A stretch of 64,000 nucleotides of DNA from Trypanosoma brucei. Its lineage: Eukaryota. The translations under genes were made by a program, and so were the position numbers. The notes beneath the pieces were generated by a model. It ran no database searches. It saw only the letters and a program-made list of their open reading frames with translations, and was not told the DNA's origin. The stretch is from assembly GCA_000002445.1 (NCBI GenBank), contig CP000071.1, positions 800,001 to 864,000 on the forward strand. Direction: 5' to 3'. This document shows, piece after piece, positions 54,801-64,000 of the stretch; within the stretch, counting starts at the first letter, position 1; each line of letters begins with the position of its first letter.

Positions 54801-57767
54801 CTTTTCTCCGATTTCCCTGATTTAACTTCCACAATGGGGTGCCTCGAGTGCTGTCCCGTAAGGCGGTGTGATGTGTCAACAGGCCTTCCTTCAGCAGCGT
54901 CACAGTGATATCGTCGTCACTAAAGGGGAAGTGCCTTCTTCAGGTTGTTGATCTAACATGTTATTGGCCGAAGGCTCCTGCGGTGGACGGCGCATCCCAC
55001 CACCACCTCCCCCCCCCCCCCCGAGAGATCGGGCCTGTGAACTTTTCGGTTATACCCCACACACCCTTTTTCCGGTGGTCTGTCACGGTTTAATTTACGC
55101 GACACGAAAGAGAGCAAACAGACCCCTCACATGAAGCGATGTGTGGGACCGTGTTTTCGGGGGGGCCGAGTCATTAGAACACTTGGAGTTCCTTCTTTTT
55201 TGCTTGTGTCAGACGTCACTGTGCAGCTTTCCTTTCCTAAGGACTAGCCCTTAGCTCGGTGGGGCCATTCAGTAAAGAAGTTCCACCTCCTCACAGTGGT
55301 TGCACAGGAAAATAGCTGCACCCAGGGGCTGGGCACAGGCGCCACAACAAACCACGGCTATTGTCCTAACCCTTGAAAACCAATAAACTTGTATGTACAT
55401 AATGGGTGTCACCTCTAATTGATTCGGAAGTGGACACGAGTATCTTGACGTCAAAAAAAAAAAAGAAAAAATAGCGACTAGCGAACTCCCATATGCTGGG
55501 ACCGTTGAGGTCTTCAGAGGGGACGCTGTACGGAACAAAGATACTGTTAAACATCACCCTGAAGTTGTGGAAAGGATAAAGGCGAAGTGGGGGGCTGAGA
55601 AAAATGGAACCTGAAGGAACAAAATGAAAAACTCGGGGACCTATTACGAAGGCTCGCTCCGAAATTTGATAGAAACTAAGGTTCGATAGAACCAAATTGT
55701 TTATTGTACGCCCTTTCTCTTTAATCTATTTTGTCAGGTGCCGACTAGGATGATGACCCCTAGTAGGGAACAAAAAAAGACACTCGAAACAAAATGCAAG
55801 TAGTCTTTTCATAAAAATAAAAGAGATCAGGCCCTCATCACATCACACAACGTTCTTAAACATGCAGAAACACGACATATACCAGTGTTCGCGCCTGTGC
55901 GAAGCTCCAGCATCCACCTACTTCCTACTCCCACAGACACACACCCTTCACCCCAGCCCCTGTGGTGAGACTATGTTTTTCCCTGCACATGATGGGAGCC
56001 GTGTCATCAACTGTTCGTGGGCTGAAAGCATGTACCCGGGGCCCCTCTGATGGGAGTGCCTGTGTGGTAAAGAGTCCGCCCCAAACACGGCAGTGGGTTG
56101 GTGTTGTTCGCCTTTACGCTCCAATCATACCCCATTGGAGCACACCACAGGCACCTGATCTTCCCACCCTGACTGATGTGCATGAACAGAGAAACACTCT
56201 GGGGTTTCCGGCTGCCCCGGGGCACCGATTCTTTTCGCAGAGATAAATTCCCTTTAGCTTGTCATAGAAGTGGTTTTACGTTCTGCGGATCAAGGCTTCA
56301 AACAAATAGGCACCCGATATTTCTTTTCCCAACTTTTTTTTTTCACCGCTGCCTATTCAATCATCCTCGAAGCGTGCAAAAGCGGCTAGTAAAAAAAGAA
56401 AACCTTATACCAACTCGAGATTAACATAATATATGTACACATAACTCGTGATCGAGCCCCTAGTTTTGAGCGCTAGCCACACATAGGTCCAATTTTTTTT
56501 TCTTTTCACCGTTGAAAAGTAACTTGCCCGAACCACTCAAATAAGTGCCCAAGGTGTGTGGGAAGGAAAGACACAAGACTCTTCTAAGTAATTTCAAAAC
56601 TGTGACATCACTGGAAGGCCAAATAACCAATGTCCATGGGATGGTCAGAGCTCAGTAAAGTGACAGCAGCGTCGGTGAAGACTGCGCCGGGTCTGCCGAA
56701 CGAGAATGGCAAACTCCAGGTGCAGAAACACCAGCACACGCTCACACACATTCGCATATAAACAGCCTCCGCCTTCCCAATGCCGAGCGAAAGAGAACAC
56801 GCTGTAACCTATGGAAGCGGCGAAACACAGCTATCGCTAACCTTGCTTTGCGGTCATTGCTAACGCTGATGGGACGAAAAATAAGGGCTGACAGCTGGAA
56901 GAATAACACCAACAGAAAAGGAAAAGAATGGTGGCTAAGAGGCTCATATGTTCGAGCTTTTAAACTGGTATTAAGCGCAATTTCATGGGGTAATATTGCG
57001 CTGGTCTTGGTACCTTTATCTGGGGCAACGGCTATTACACTAGAGGGCAGGATGTGTAAAGCCACGTATCTCCACAGTTTATTGAAAGGAGGAAGAAGTT
57101 CTTGAATTAAATAACTTTTTTGATAAAGATTTTAACAACAAGCTAAACAGAATGCTCTAAATTTGGAGGAGGTGACAAGTAAGGAGAGGGTGGGGAAGAA
57201 ATCCTGGGAAAACAGATGCGGTTAGAGGGAGTTTGTATTGGGCAACTTTTTTTTTTTTGCACGCAGGCACGATTTAAAAATATATACATTTGCTTCCAGT
57301 GTTGGCTCCTTGTTCTCTCTCAGTGTCTGAAGGCAAAGTAGGGCCTGGATTATCACTAGAAGTAAGTCAATGGAGGTAATATCCTGGAATGGGTGCGATA
57401 CCCGAGAGTTCCCCCCATTGGGGTCGAGGCGATATGCTTTTCGCATAAAACACCGGAAGCAGGTACGTGCAAAAGAGGAAAGGAGGAGCATCATCTACGA
57501 GAGTGCACCCTCACCTCATTAACGTGAATGCGCTCAGTTAGGAAACTTGGACTTACCCCCTTTTATCCTTCCCTTTTGGAAGCCGTATTCGGCCCAAACA
57601 CGAACCAGTACGTGGGGATTCGGCGTAGCAACGCCGCCGGTATTCAATACGAGGATGGACCAACCAACGTATACAAATAAAGAAAACGACGAGGAGACAA
57701 GACAACGCCAAGCTGTTAAAAGTTTACCCACAGAACGGCCCATACAAAACGATGCACGGAAGGACGA

Positions 57768-57845
57768 AAAGGAGGGACGCTTCCGTTCCCACTCAAAGTT
57801 TACTGCAAGCACGGCGCTTTCGTGATGACGCACTGCAGGTGAGTT
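57768..57845 (-). ncRNA. U1: Candidate U1 snRNA (~75-78 nt)
   Basis: The minus-strand transcript AACUCACCUGCAGUGCGUCAUCACGAAAGCGCCGUGCUUGCAGUAAACUUUGAGUGGGAACGGAAGCGUCCCUCCUUUU has a 5' end ACUCACCUG complementary to a GU 5' splice site (canonical U1 is ACUUACCUG). It carries an Sm-like AAACUUUGAG site, a terminal hairpin GGGAACGGAAGCGUCCC and a U4 terminator. The size fits the unusually short (~75 nt) trypanosomatid U1. Confidence 0.65.
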
Positions 57846-58105
57846 GCCCCCACCCCGGAAAAACAGCCGTACAACCCAACATACCACAAAGAACAATATA
57901 AAAGGATCGTATACTAATAAATACTGCGTGGCCGCACCCCTTTTCATCTTGTCTGAATGCCGAGGATGATGGGTTGCAGACGCCGCACTCATCGCCTTGG
58001 GATCGGTGCCCGGTTCATGCGTACTTTGTCTTGACATCTCGATCGGGGCGGCATACTCCATAATATGCTATAGCGTACATAAAAAAACAGTGCTGGGCTG
58101 TAGCG

Positions 58106-58177
58106 GCAATCGTGGTCCAACGGTTAAGATTTCCGCCTTCCAAGCGGGAGACCCGGGTTCGACTCCCGGCGATTGCA
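58106..58177 (+). tRNA. tRNA-Gly (anticodon UCC)
   Basis: gcaatcgtggtccaacggttaagat-ttccgccttccaagcggga...cccgggttcgactcccgg-cgattgc-a. The anticodon loop ccttccaag and T arm match eukaryotic Gly-TCC. Followed by ttttttcgttttt. Confidence 0.8.
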
Positions 58178-58264
58178 CATTTTTTCGTTTTTATCATTCG
58201 GCATATTGTTATGCTCTCGAAAAGCTTTGACACAACATTGCTACGTTAACTCAGGCGGCGGTGT

Positions 58265-58346
58265 GGCAAGATGGTCGAGTGGTCTAAGACGTGACGTTCA
58301 GGTCGTCATCTCTCCGGAGGCGTGGGTTCAAACCCCACTCTTGTCA
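58265..58346 (+). tRNA. tRNA-Leu (anticodon CAG), class II with a long variable arm
   Basis: Acceptor ggcaaga/tcttgtc. Anticodon arm tgacg-ttcaggt-cgtca. Variable arm tctctccggaggc. T arm gtgggttcaaaccccac. Confidence 0.8.
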
Positions 58347-58429
58347 ATATTTTCGTCCGATCATATCGGACTCAGCGGTTTCAAGTGTGGTCTCAACCGC
58401 CGCCGAAGTGTCAATAGGCGCGAAAACAA

Positions 58430-58501
58430 AGGCCCCGCCGAGAATTGAACTCGGGACCCCTGGTTTACAAGACCAGTGCACTGCCACTGTGCTACGAGGC
58501 C
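58430..58501 (-). tRNA. tRNA-Thr (anticodon UGU)
   Basis: Reverse complement ggcctcgtagcacagtggcagtgc-actggtcttgtaaaccagg-ggtcccgagttcaattctcggcggggcc-t. Nearly identical in its arms to eukaryotic Thr-TGT. Confidence 0.85.
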
Positions 58502-58598
58502 AGCGGAAAGGGCTAATAGATATTTCTTGCAGAAACTTTTTTAGAGGAAAAAGGTTATTTCATATACGTTGGCATTTTCAGTATTGCGCCTCGCTGAC

Positions 58599-58670
58599 GG
58601 TCTCGTGGCGCAATGGAAGCGCATCAGACTTCGGATCTGAGGGTTGCAGGTTCGAGTCCTGCCGGGATCG
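58599..58670 (+). tRNA. tRNA-Arg (anticodon UCG)
   Basis: Acceptor ggtctcg/cgggatc. D arm gcgcaatggaagcgc. Anticodon arm tcaga-cttcgga-tctga. T arm gcaggttcgagtcctgc. Confidence 0.8.
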
Positions 58671-60986
58671 CACTTTTCCTCAGTCACATTGGTTCGATAG
58701 CGCCGCGGCTTGTGTGTTAACGGCGCCGCCGGCTGAAAATAGCGGAAGTGGCTGCTAAAGGAGGGGGAGGAGGAGGGGACTAACGACACGGGCTAGCCTG
58801 GCTGGTAGCGGCGAATGTGCTTTCGCCCGACATGATGGTGACCTCTATTTTCTGCTTTATAAGGTTTCGCCTTGACGTTGGAAGAACCGCTTCTTGCACA
58901 TTTGCTCAATGTTGATCATTTCATAGTTTAAGTCAGCAACAGGTCGACCGCCTGTAAGGGTCATCTTTTCCTTACCCACTTATCCCTTTTGCCAATATAT
59001 GCTCATACACAGAAATTGACGGTCAGAGATTTTTCACATGGAACAGTTGAAGCTCGTTTTGCCAACATCCCGAGGAGCGGAGACGAAAATCGCAACCGCC
59101 TCTTTATTGGGCCCCGCATGGCTTAATACCAACCGTTTCTCCCTTCTTGTAGAGAAAAAAAGGTTCTGTTTAGTTGGTTGACTTTCTTGTGAAGATGCCA
59201 TGCATAGAGGGACGTTGTCAATTCGAAAATGATGCGTATGCTTGGAAGGGTCTCTCTTTTCACACGTTGGAATGAATTAAGGAAGCCTTTCTGCCAACGC
59301 CGCGGGACCGCATCAACCGTCATTGCAGGCGTCATTGTAAGGTGGAGTGGGGCTAGTGGATAAACGGAAACGTTTGTATGATGCCGAAATGAATCGAAGC
59401 AAGGCTCATAACACACATACGAGTCGCTCTCCGCTGAATCAACCGGCCTCCAGTCCAACGGGACGAGATGAGAAGTCGGGAATGCACCATAGCACTGAAG
59501 AAGTAGGGGTCGTCGGGATGTCGATGGAGGAACCCCGCCAACCTGGAAATTGACACCTTCTTCCACCTTTCTTTGGCATTTTAATAAGCGATATGTACGA
59601 ATGAAGCTCCCTAATCTTCTCGAAACGTCGGATTGCGGTTACGGCCACCGGAATGACCTTAGGATGCATCTTGGAAGGGGGTTTTTGTCTACTAGCCTGG
59701 TTTGCTTCTCCGAGGATTGGACACCGGTCCCCCTGACGTTGTGTTGACGGGGGTTGGGCAGGCCGCTGCAATGCAGGCTGTGAAAAACTCATTTTGTCCG
59801 CGCCACCGAAGCGCGGGAGACACGGTTGCTTTATTACTTGTTCCATAAGTTAGAAAGAGTCGCATTATCCAACATGTGTTGAGGAAGGGTTTCGACGCAT
59901 CTGCTGACGTTGCTACCCTCACGCTGACAGTTTAAGGGGGGCACTATAGCGAAGAAATCTTCCGCGAAGCGTTTGGAAGGTAACGAGCGGATTTTCGAGA
60001 ATTAGGGTCACGTAGCAATAACTGAAGAATCAGTGGGAAAGTAGAGAAGGAATATGCCAAAATTGAGAGTGGGTGTTGAAAAACTATCACGAATCCTGTT
60101 TGCCAGCTCAGGTTTCTCGCCTTGTTTCGCGGTGAGCGCGCTCAAATACATGTTGTCGACTCACACCCAGATTTCGGTGAGGGGGGGGGGCCGCCCGCCG
60201 ACACGGCAGAGTGTCACACTATTTCCGACTTTTCGTTCGCAGATAGCGGGGTGGGGCGATAGAAAGCGTGTCACATGATAGAACTTTGTGTTCGCTATTG
60301 TGTAGGTCTTAGGCTGTGGGACCCTAGAGGATAACAGAGAGTCAATCCCCTAAATAGCATTTCACACTATGAGCCCTGACTGCGGTTCCTTGTGGTAGAA
60401 TCGCTCCCCTTTTCATTTGGAAATTTGTTGTGGGGAAATGGATCACTCGATATTTAATGGGCATTGCTTGCTTTGGTATTGCCGCAAGTTGCACTCGTGA
60501 AATTGATGCCTGCGTGTGAGAGAGTCGACAAACATATGAATATATATATATTTTTGACTTTCACCTGGAGCTATTGTAGGGGGCCGCCCGAACGCACTTG
60601 GCTTCAGACCGTCATTGCGTGAGGGAGGGGGTAAGACAAAGATGGAAGAAATACATAATAGCGCCAACCAGACACAGTGTTTCGGACTGGCGAGCCAAAT
60701 AAAGTTAGCACCTCCTACCGCAGCTTATGAAGATGCCGGGGAATACTTTCTTGCGCATCTACTTTTATTCTGGTGGAGCGTTGAAATTTCCCCTCACCCC
60801 ACCGGAGAGTGCGTGATGTAACTCTGCGAATGTCATTGGGGCAAGGGGGGTGCAGCAAAATGGGCGGAGGCGGATGTTGTAAGGCATTTTTTCCCCCACA
60901 GTTCCTCCCATGAGGTGCTTGAATCGTGATCCTGTGACGAAAAGCCATAATCGGCAAAAGAAACCCACTTTGATCCGTTTTCAGCG

Positions 60987-61270
60987 GAAAACAAACCGCC
61001 TCGCGACGACACTTGGGGCGCAAAATCCTGAGATGCTCCTCGGTGTGCTTCTGCAACGGGAACGTGCGCAAGGTGGGCTGCTCCGTCACCGGCCTGACCC
61101 GTTCCCCCCACTTTAACGGCGCGAGAACGCCTCTCTACAGTGGCGACCTCAACACCGACACGCAACCAAGCAGAACACCAAGTCAACGCAACAGAACCCC
61201 CGCTTGTCCAAGACGTCCCCGCTAAGCGGGATCAGCCCCCGAAGGTTACAGAGCAATATGCTCCGGCTAC
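60987..61270 (-). ncRNA. 7SL: 7SL (signal recognition particle) RNA gene. The 3' end is approximate: oligo-T runs in the transcript correspond to + coordinates 61021-61024 and 60987-60994.
   Basis: The minus-strand transcript begins GUAGCCGGAGCAUAUUGCUCUGUAACC..GGGGGCUGA (Alu-domain-like UGUAAC and GGCUGA motifs). It contains GGGUCAGGCCGGUGACGGAGCAGCCCACCUUG, which closely matches the universally conserved SRP RNA domain IV / helix 8 motif (E. coli 4.5S GGUCAGGUCCGGAAGGAAGCAGCCAAGG). Its +1 lies ~96 bp from the divergent tRNA-Lys, the arrangement described for trypanosome 7SL genes. Confidence 0.8.
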
Positions 61271-61365
61271 ATCAATCGTTTGACAAAGCCAAGTGATATT
61301 CTTATTCGACATAAACTAAGAAAAAATAAATAAATGTATGTTACAATACGCTTACGGAAGCGGCT

Positions 61366-61438
61366 GCCCTTCTAGCTCAGTCGGTAGAGCGCACGGCTCT
61401 TAACCGTGTGGTCGTGGGTTCGAGCCCCACGGGGGGTG
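61366..61438 (+). tRNA. tRNA-Lys (anticodon CUU), divergent companion of the 7SL gene
   Basis: Same sequence as 54728..54800. Followed by a T10 run. Confidence 0.85.
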
Positions 61439-61527
61439 CTCTTTTTTTTTTGACTTCCCTTTCAGCCGTCCTCATACCGAAAAACGGTGTCAAAACCGTC
61501 TGCCCCGTCCTTCTCTTAGGTGAAAAA

Positions 61528-61599
61528 CATCCGTGACAGGATTCGAACCTGCAACCCTCTGATCCGTAGTCAGATGCTCTTCCATTGAGCCACACGGAC
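61528..61599 (-). tRNA. tRNA-Arg (anticodon ACG), divergent companion of the U3 gene
   Basis: Reverse complement gtccgtgtggctcaatggaagagc-a-tctga-ctacgga-tcaga...gcaggttcgaatcctgt-cacggat. A T5 run follows on the minus strand. Confidence 0.8.
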
Positions 61600-61695
61600 G
61601 TGATCGCTACTCGGGTTGACGAGTGAGGTTGAATACATAAGAAACTGTTTATTACCGATATTAGACTATCGCGATAACTCTGGACGCCGGATGTT

Positions 61696-61840
61696 AAGAC
61701 CGTACTCTGAACAGAATCGTTTTATGAGTACAACCTCTTAAATGAGAAATAACCAACAACCAAATCCTGATGATGAAGGTTGCTGGCTCCGCCCGGAGAG
61801 CTGTTCGATGAACGGCAGGAGCCGGTTCCAGAAGGATCCT
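61696..61840 (+). ncRNA. U3: U3 snoRNA (trypanosome snRNA B), ~144 nt, Pol III-type with a T7 terminator
   Basis: The 5' end AAGACCGUACUCUGAACAGAAUCGUUUUAUGAGU parallels vertebrate U3 AAGACUAUACUUUCAGGGAUCAUUUCUAUAGU (GAC, box A'/A). There is a UGAUGA box (cctgatgatgaagg) at 61766-61776 and a T7 run at 61840-61846. The +1 is 97 bp from position 1 of the divergent tRNA-Arg. The length fits the reported ~143-nt T. brucei U3. Confidence 0.8.
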
Positions 61841-64000
61841 TTTTTTGTTCCACCTTGGCTCGCTGCAACGGGAACTGCCTGGCTCGCTTCTTTTGAGGCC
61901 CTGTGCCTCACGGGTCTCAACGACGTAAAATAAGCCTCCCGGATGCGGCATTCACACCTCCTGCGTATGGAGAGATTGCGTTTGGGTGTGAGACTGGGTG
62001 GGAAACCAACGGCCAACATCCTTTTCGGGGCAGTGTGAGGGCGATCTCTATGCGCCTAGGGTGGCAGTGTTCAGACCACGCTCTTTGATGAGACCCAGTA
62101 GACGACGATCACCTTATCCGGGCTGTCGAATCCTTTCCGCCGACCCTTCAACCGTGGGATGGATAGGAAACTTTCCGGCCAGCGGGGTGGCAGTGCTTAA
62201 GATGGATGGTGCCGTGTTGGAGAGCGTCGCGCTCAGACGGTAGGCCCCACAAGGATTTCTGTTAGGTCTTACTTTGTTCACCAAAATGATGGAACGGTTC
62301 GGCCGACCAACGCACGGAAGACTGGGGTGCCCAGCATTGTTCCTTCGTGGTGGCAAACATGGCAGTAATGTGATCGAATATCAATCGCCGACAACCGGGG
62401 TGTCATATTCGGGAAGAATTTGTCGGCTTCGTCCAGTGTTCAATAAATTGTTCCATGGGAGTGTCTGCTGAGATTGCGAGGTCCACACTGTTTGGGTCAG
62501 CGACAAAAACGGCTGGCCACCGCGGGCCCGCCGAAGCTAATAGAAAAATGAAGATACCGACACAACCAGGCCCCACCCTGCAATATATCAAGGGCGCCAC
62601 CAAGCATCTCCAAGGGGAATTCGAAATGGCTTAAACGAAATTTTTTTTTTTTGGAATTTTCTTCGTGCCTTCGTGGGAGTTTCCCCCCACTGGCGCGGCC
62701 ATCAGCCATCACCGTAGAGCCCTGAGATGCTATCGGTCTGGCGACTGTGGCAGAGTCTCCCTTTTTCATTCATCCTAACACACCCTCTATAATTTTTGTT
62801 GTATTTCCGCATATGAACGGAATACAGCAGATGGGGCGAGAAGCCCCCCACCCCAGACTCTCCAAAAGTTGTCAATTAGCAATCCTTTTTTTGAGGTCCA
62901 CATCACCAGACAGCAGCATCTTAGTGCGGATGATAGTGCCGATGGCACGCTTGCCACGTGCCCAGGGACCGACAAATGAAGAACGGTGTCCCAGCAAGAC
63001 GCTGCTGATCCCTGTGCTGTATGATGCCGTATCCGGAGCACAGCAGTGTTCCCCATGAAAGGAACGCTGTTGGCTCTTGGCTTCCCCCGATGATACGGGG
63101 TACTGGACCCTGGCACCACGTTGAGGTGGCCGGCATCGCCAGGGACTTAAACGAAAATCGCCCGGTTGCATGCGGTTTCCCCGTTGTAACATTTGCGGGA
63201 GAAACGCTGGGGCCGTTGCGTCACACCGTCGCGGGAAACAGTGCGCTTCCGGGTAGTGGCCATGTTGTTCTTCACCTCCCACCTGACGAAAAAAAATCTG
63301 CAGGGGCCCAAAGGTCAAGCGGCCAGCATCATAGCAAGCATTCCGTGTGGTTTAAACGGGAGCGGCGTGCTGAAAGAGGCAGGATCACCCGTTGTTGAAG
63401 GAGGTTTGCGAGAGCGTAATGGAATGCTAAATTATATTGGCTGCCGGAACCACAGAACGCAGCAGGACCACCGGAAAACTTTACCACGTGGTCAATCTGC
63501 TCATATGGAGTTGGGCGCTGCAGAGGGTTGGTAAAGCAGCTTCTAGGGGTCAAATTTTCTCCGTTGGGGCAAAAGCATCGCTACTAGTTGAAAGATTGCG
63601 AAAGCAGGCTGCCCCCGGGTAAAATAAAGGAGGACGTGCCGGAAGGAGAAAATGAGGTTTAAACGATAATGAGGGTTAGAAGGCGTCCCACAGCGCGCCA
63701 TCAGATCCACGCCGTTGACTCAACCACGTTGGTCATGACTATTTGGGCTGGGGCCATCATATTTGACGAGGATGAGGAACGGACCTGGTCATTTAAAGGG
63801 GCTCGCAGGCTAGGGTGCGGTTAACAAGGAGAGAACGTTGCGACGGAAGTGACGTTCGGAGAACCTCCGAAAAAAAAAGGTGGGGAGCAAGAGAGGAAGT
63901 TGGGTTTATGACGTTCGTTGACTCCGTGTCCCTCATTCCAAGCCTCTGGTGCAGCGCCGGTGTCCGCAGAATTTGCCACGTACACCGCACAAGTTGCCAG

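Noticed and set aside
57942-58020. tRNA-like element upstream of the U1 candidate
   Set aside because: Only weak A-box and B-box resemblance (ggatcggtgcc, ggttcatgc). It does not fold into an acceptable cloverleaf by eye, so it is not reported as a tRNA.
57534-58061. 175-aa minus-strand ORF
   Set aside because: It overlaps the candidate U1 snRNA and the tRNA-Gly upstream region. Its composition is random-like, and no other protein gene lies on the minus strand in the window.
60181-60600. Repeated G10-CCGCCCG / GGGGGCCGCCCGAACGC motifs at ~60181 and ~60570
   Set aside because: These are short, with only two copies and no associated ORF or RNA structure that I can recognise. They are probably incidental GC-rich spacer sequence.
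62059-62240. Possible C/D box snoRNA(s): direct repeat gggtggcagtg x2 with UGAUGA-like and CUCAGA-like boxes
   Set aside because: The boxes are imperfect, and the spacing (~140 nt) is too long for one typical trypanosome C/D snoRNA. I could not identify rRNA-complementary guide regions by eye. It is mentioned only as a lead.
1-64000. Prokaryotic-style features (operons with RBS, CRISPR arrays, IS elements, defence islands)
   Set aside because: The sequence is eukaryotic and kinetoplastid-like. It has unidirectional intronless genes with poly(Y) spacers, eukaryotic-type tRNAs with Pol III T-run terminators, and 7SL/U3/U1 genes. No repeat-spacer arrays, transposase or integrase ORFs were seen. 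The ingi/RIME/SLACS-type retroelements are also not evident.

Overview
The window reads as a trypanosomatid (Trypanosoma brucei-like) nuclear chromosome segment, not a prokaryotic one. About 18 protein-coding genes between ~0.9 and 53.8 kb all lie on the + strand with no introns. They are separated by polypyrimidine-rich spacers of the kind that direct trans-splicing and polyadenylation, so this is one polycistronic Pol II transcription unit.

Genes I can recognise:
- two SET+MYND (SMYD-like) methyltransferase genes
- a DUF676 serine-esterase-like gene
- an EngB-type GTPase
- a 3099-aa IP3-receptor/RyR-family Ca2+ channel with an IP3R-type GGGVGD pore
- a single-RRM protein followed by a ~7 kb low-complexity 3' region, which fits RBP10
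- an EF-hand protein
- an XRN-family 5'-3' exoribonuclease
- a large protein carrying ~34 tandem 17-aa Q/P-rich repeats
- a PARN-type deadenylase
- several hypothetical proteins, including a pair of mitochondrially targeted paralogs with a reiterated LYNVEQL-type motif

A short acetyl-CoA-synthetase-like fragment at 37.8-38.1 kb looks like a gene relic.

Downstream of PARN (54-64 kb) no convincing protein gene is present. Instead there is a Pol III island:
- 10 tRNA genes
- a 7SL (SRP) RNA gene divergent from tRNA-Lys
- a U3 snoRNA gene divergent from tRNA-Arg
- a candidate U1 snRNA gene
The divergent partners are spaced ~93-97 bp apart in all three pairs.

The gene content (IP3R of exactly 3099 aa next to the RBP10-like gene, then XRN and PARN) suggests T. 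brucei chromosome 8. That is an inference from memory, not a database hit. All coordinates were derived by hand from the printed sequence and may be off by a few nt.
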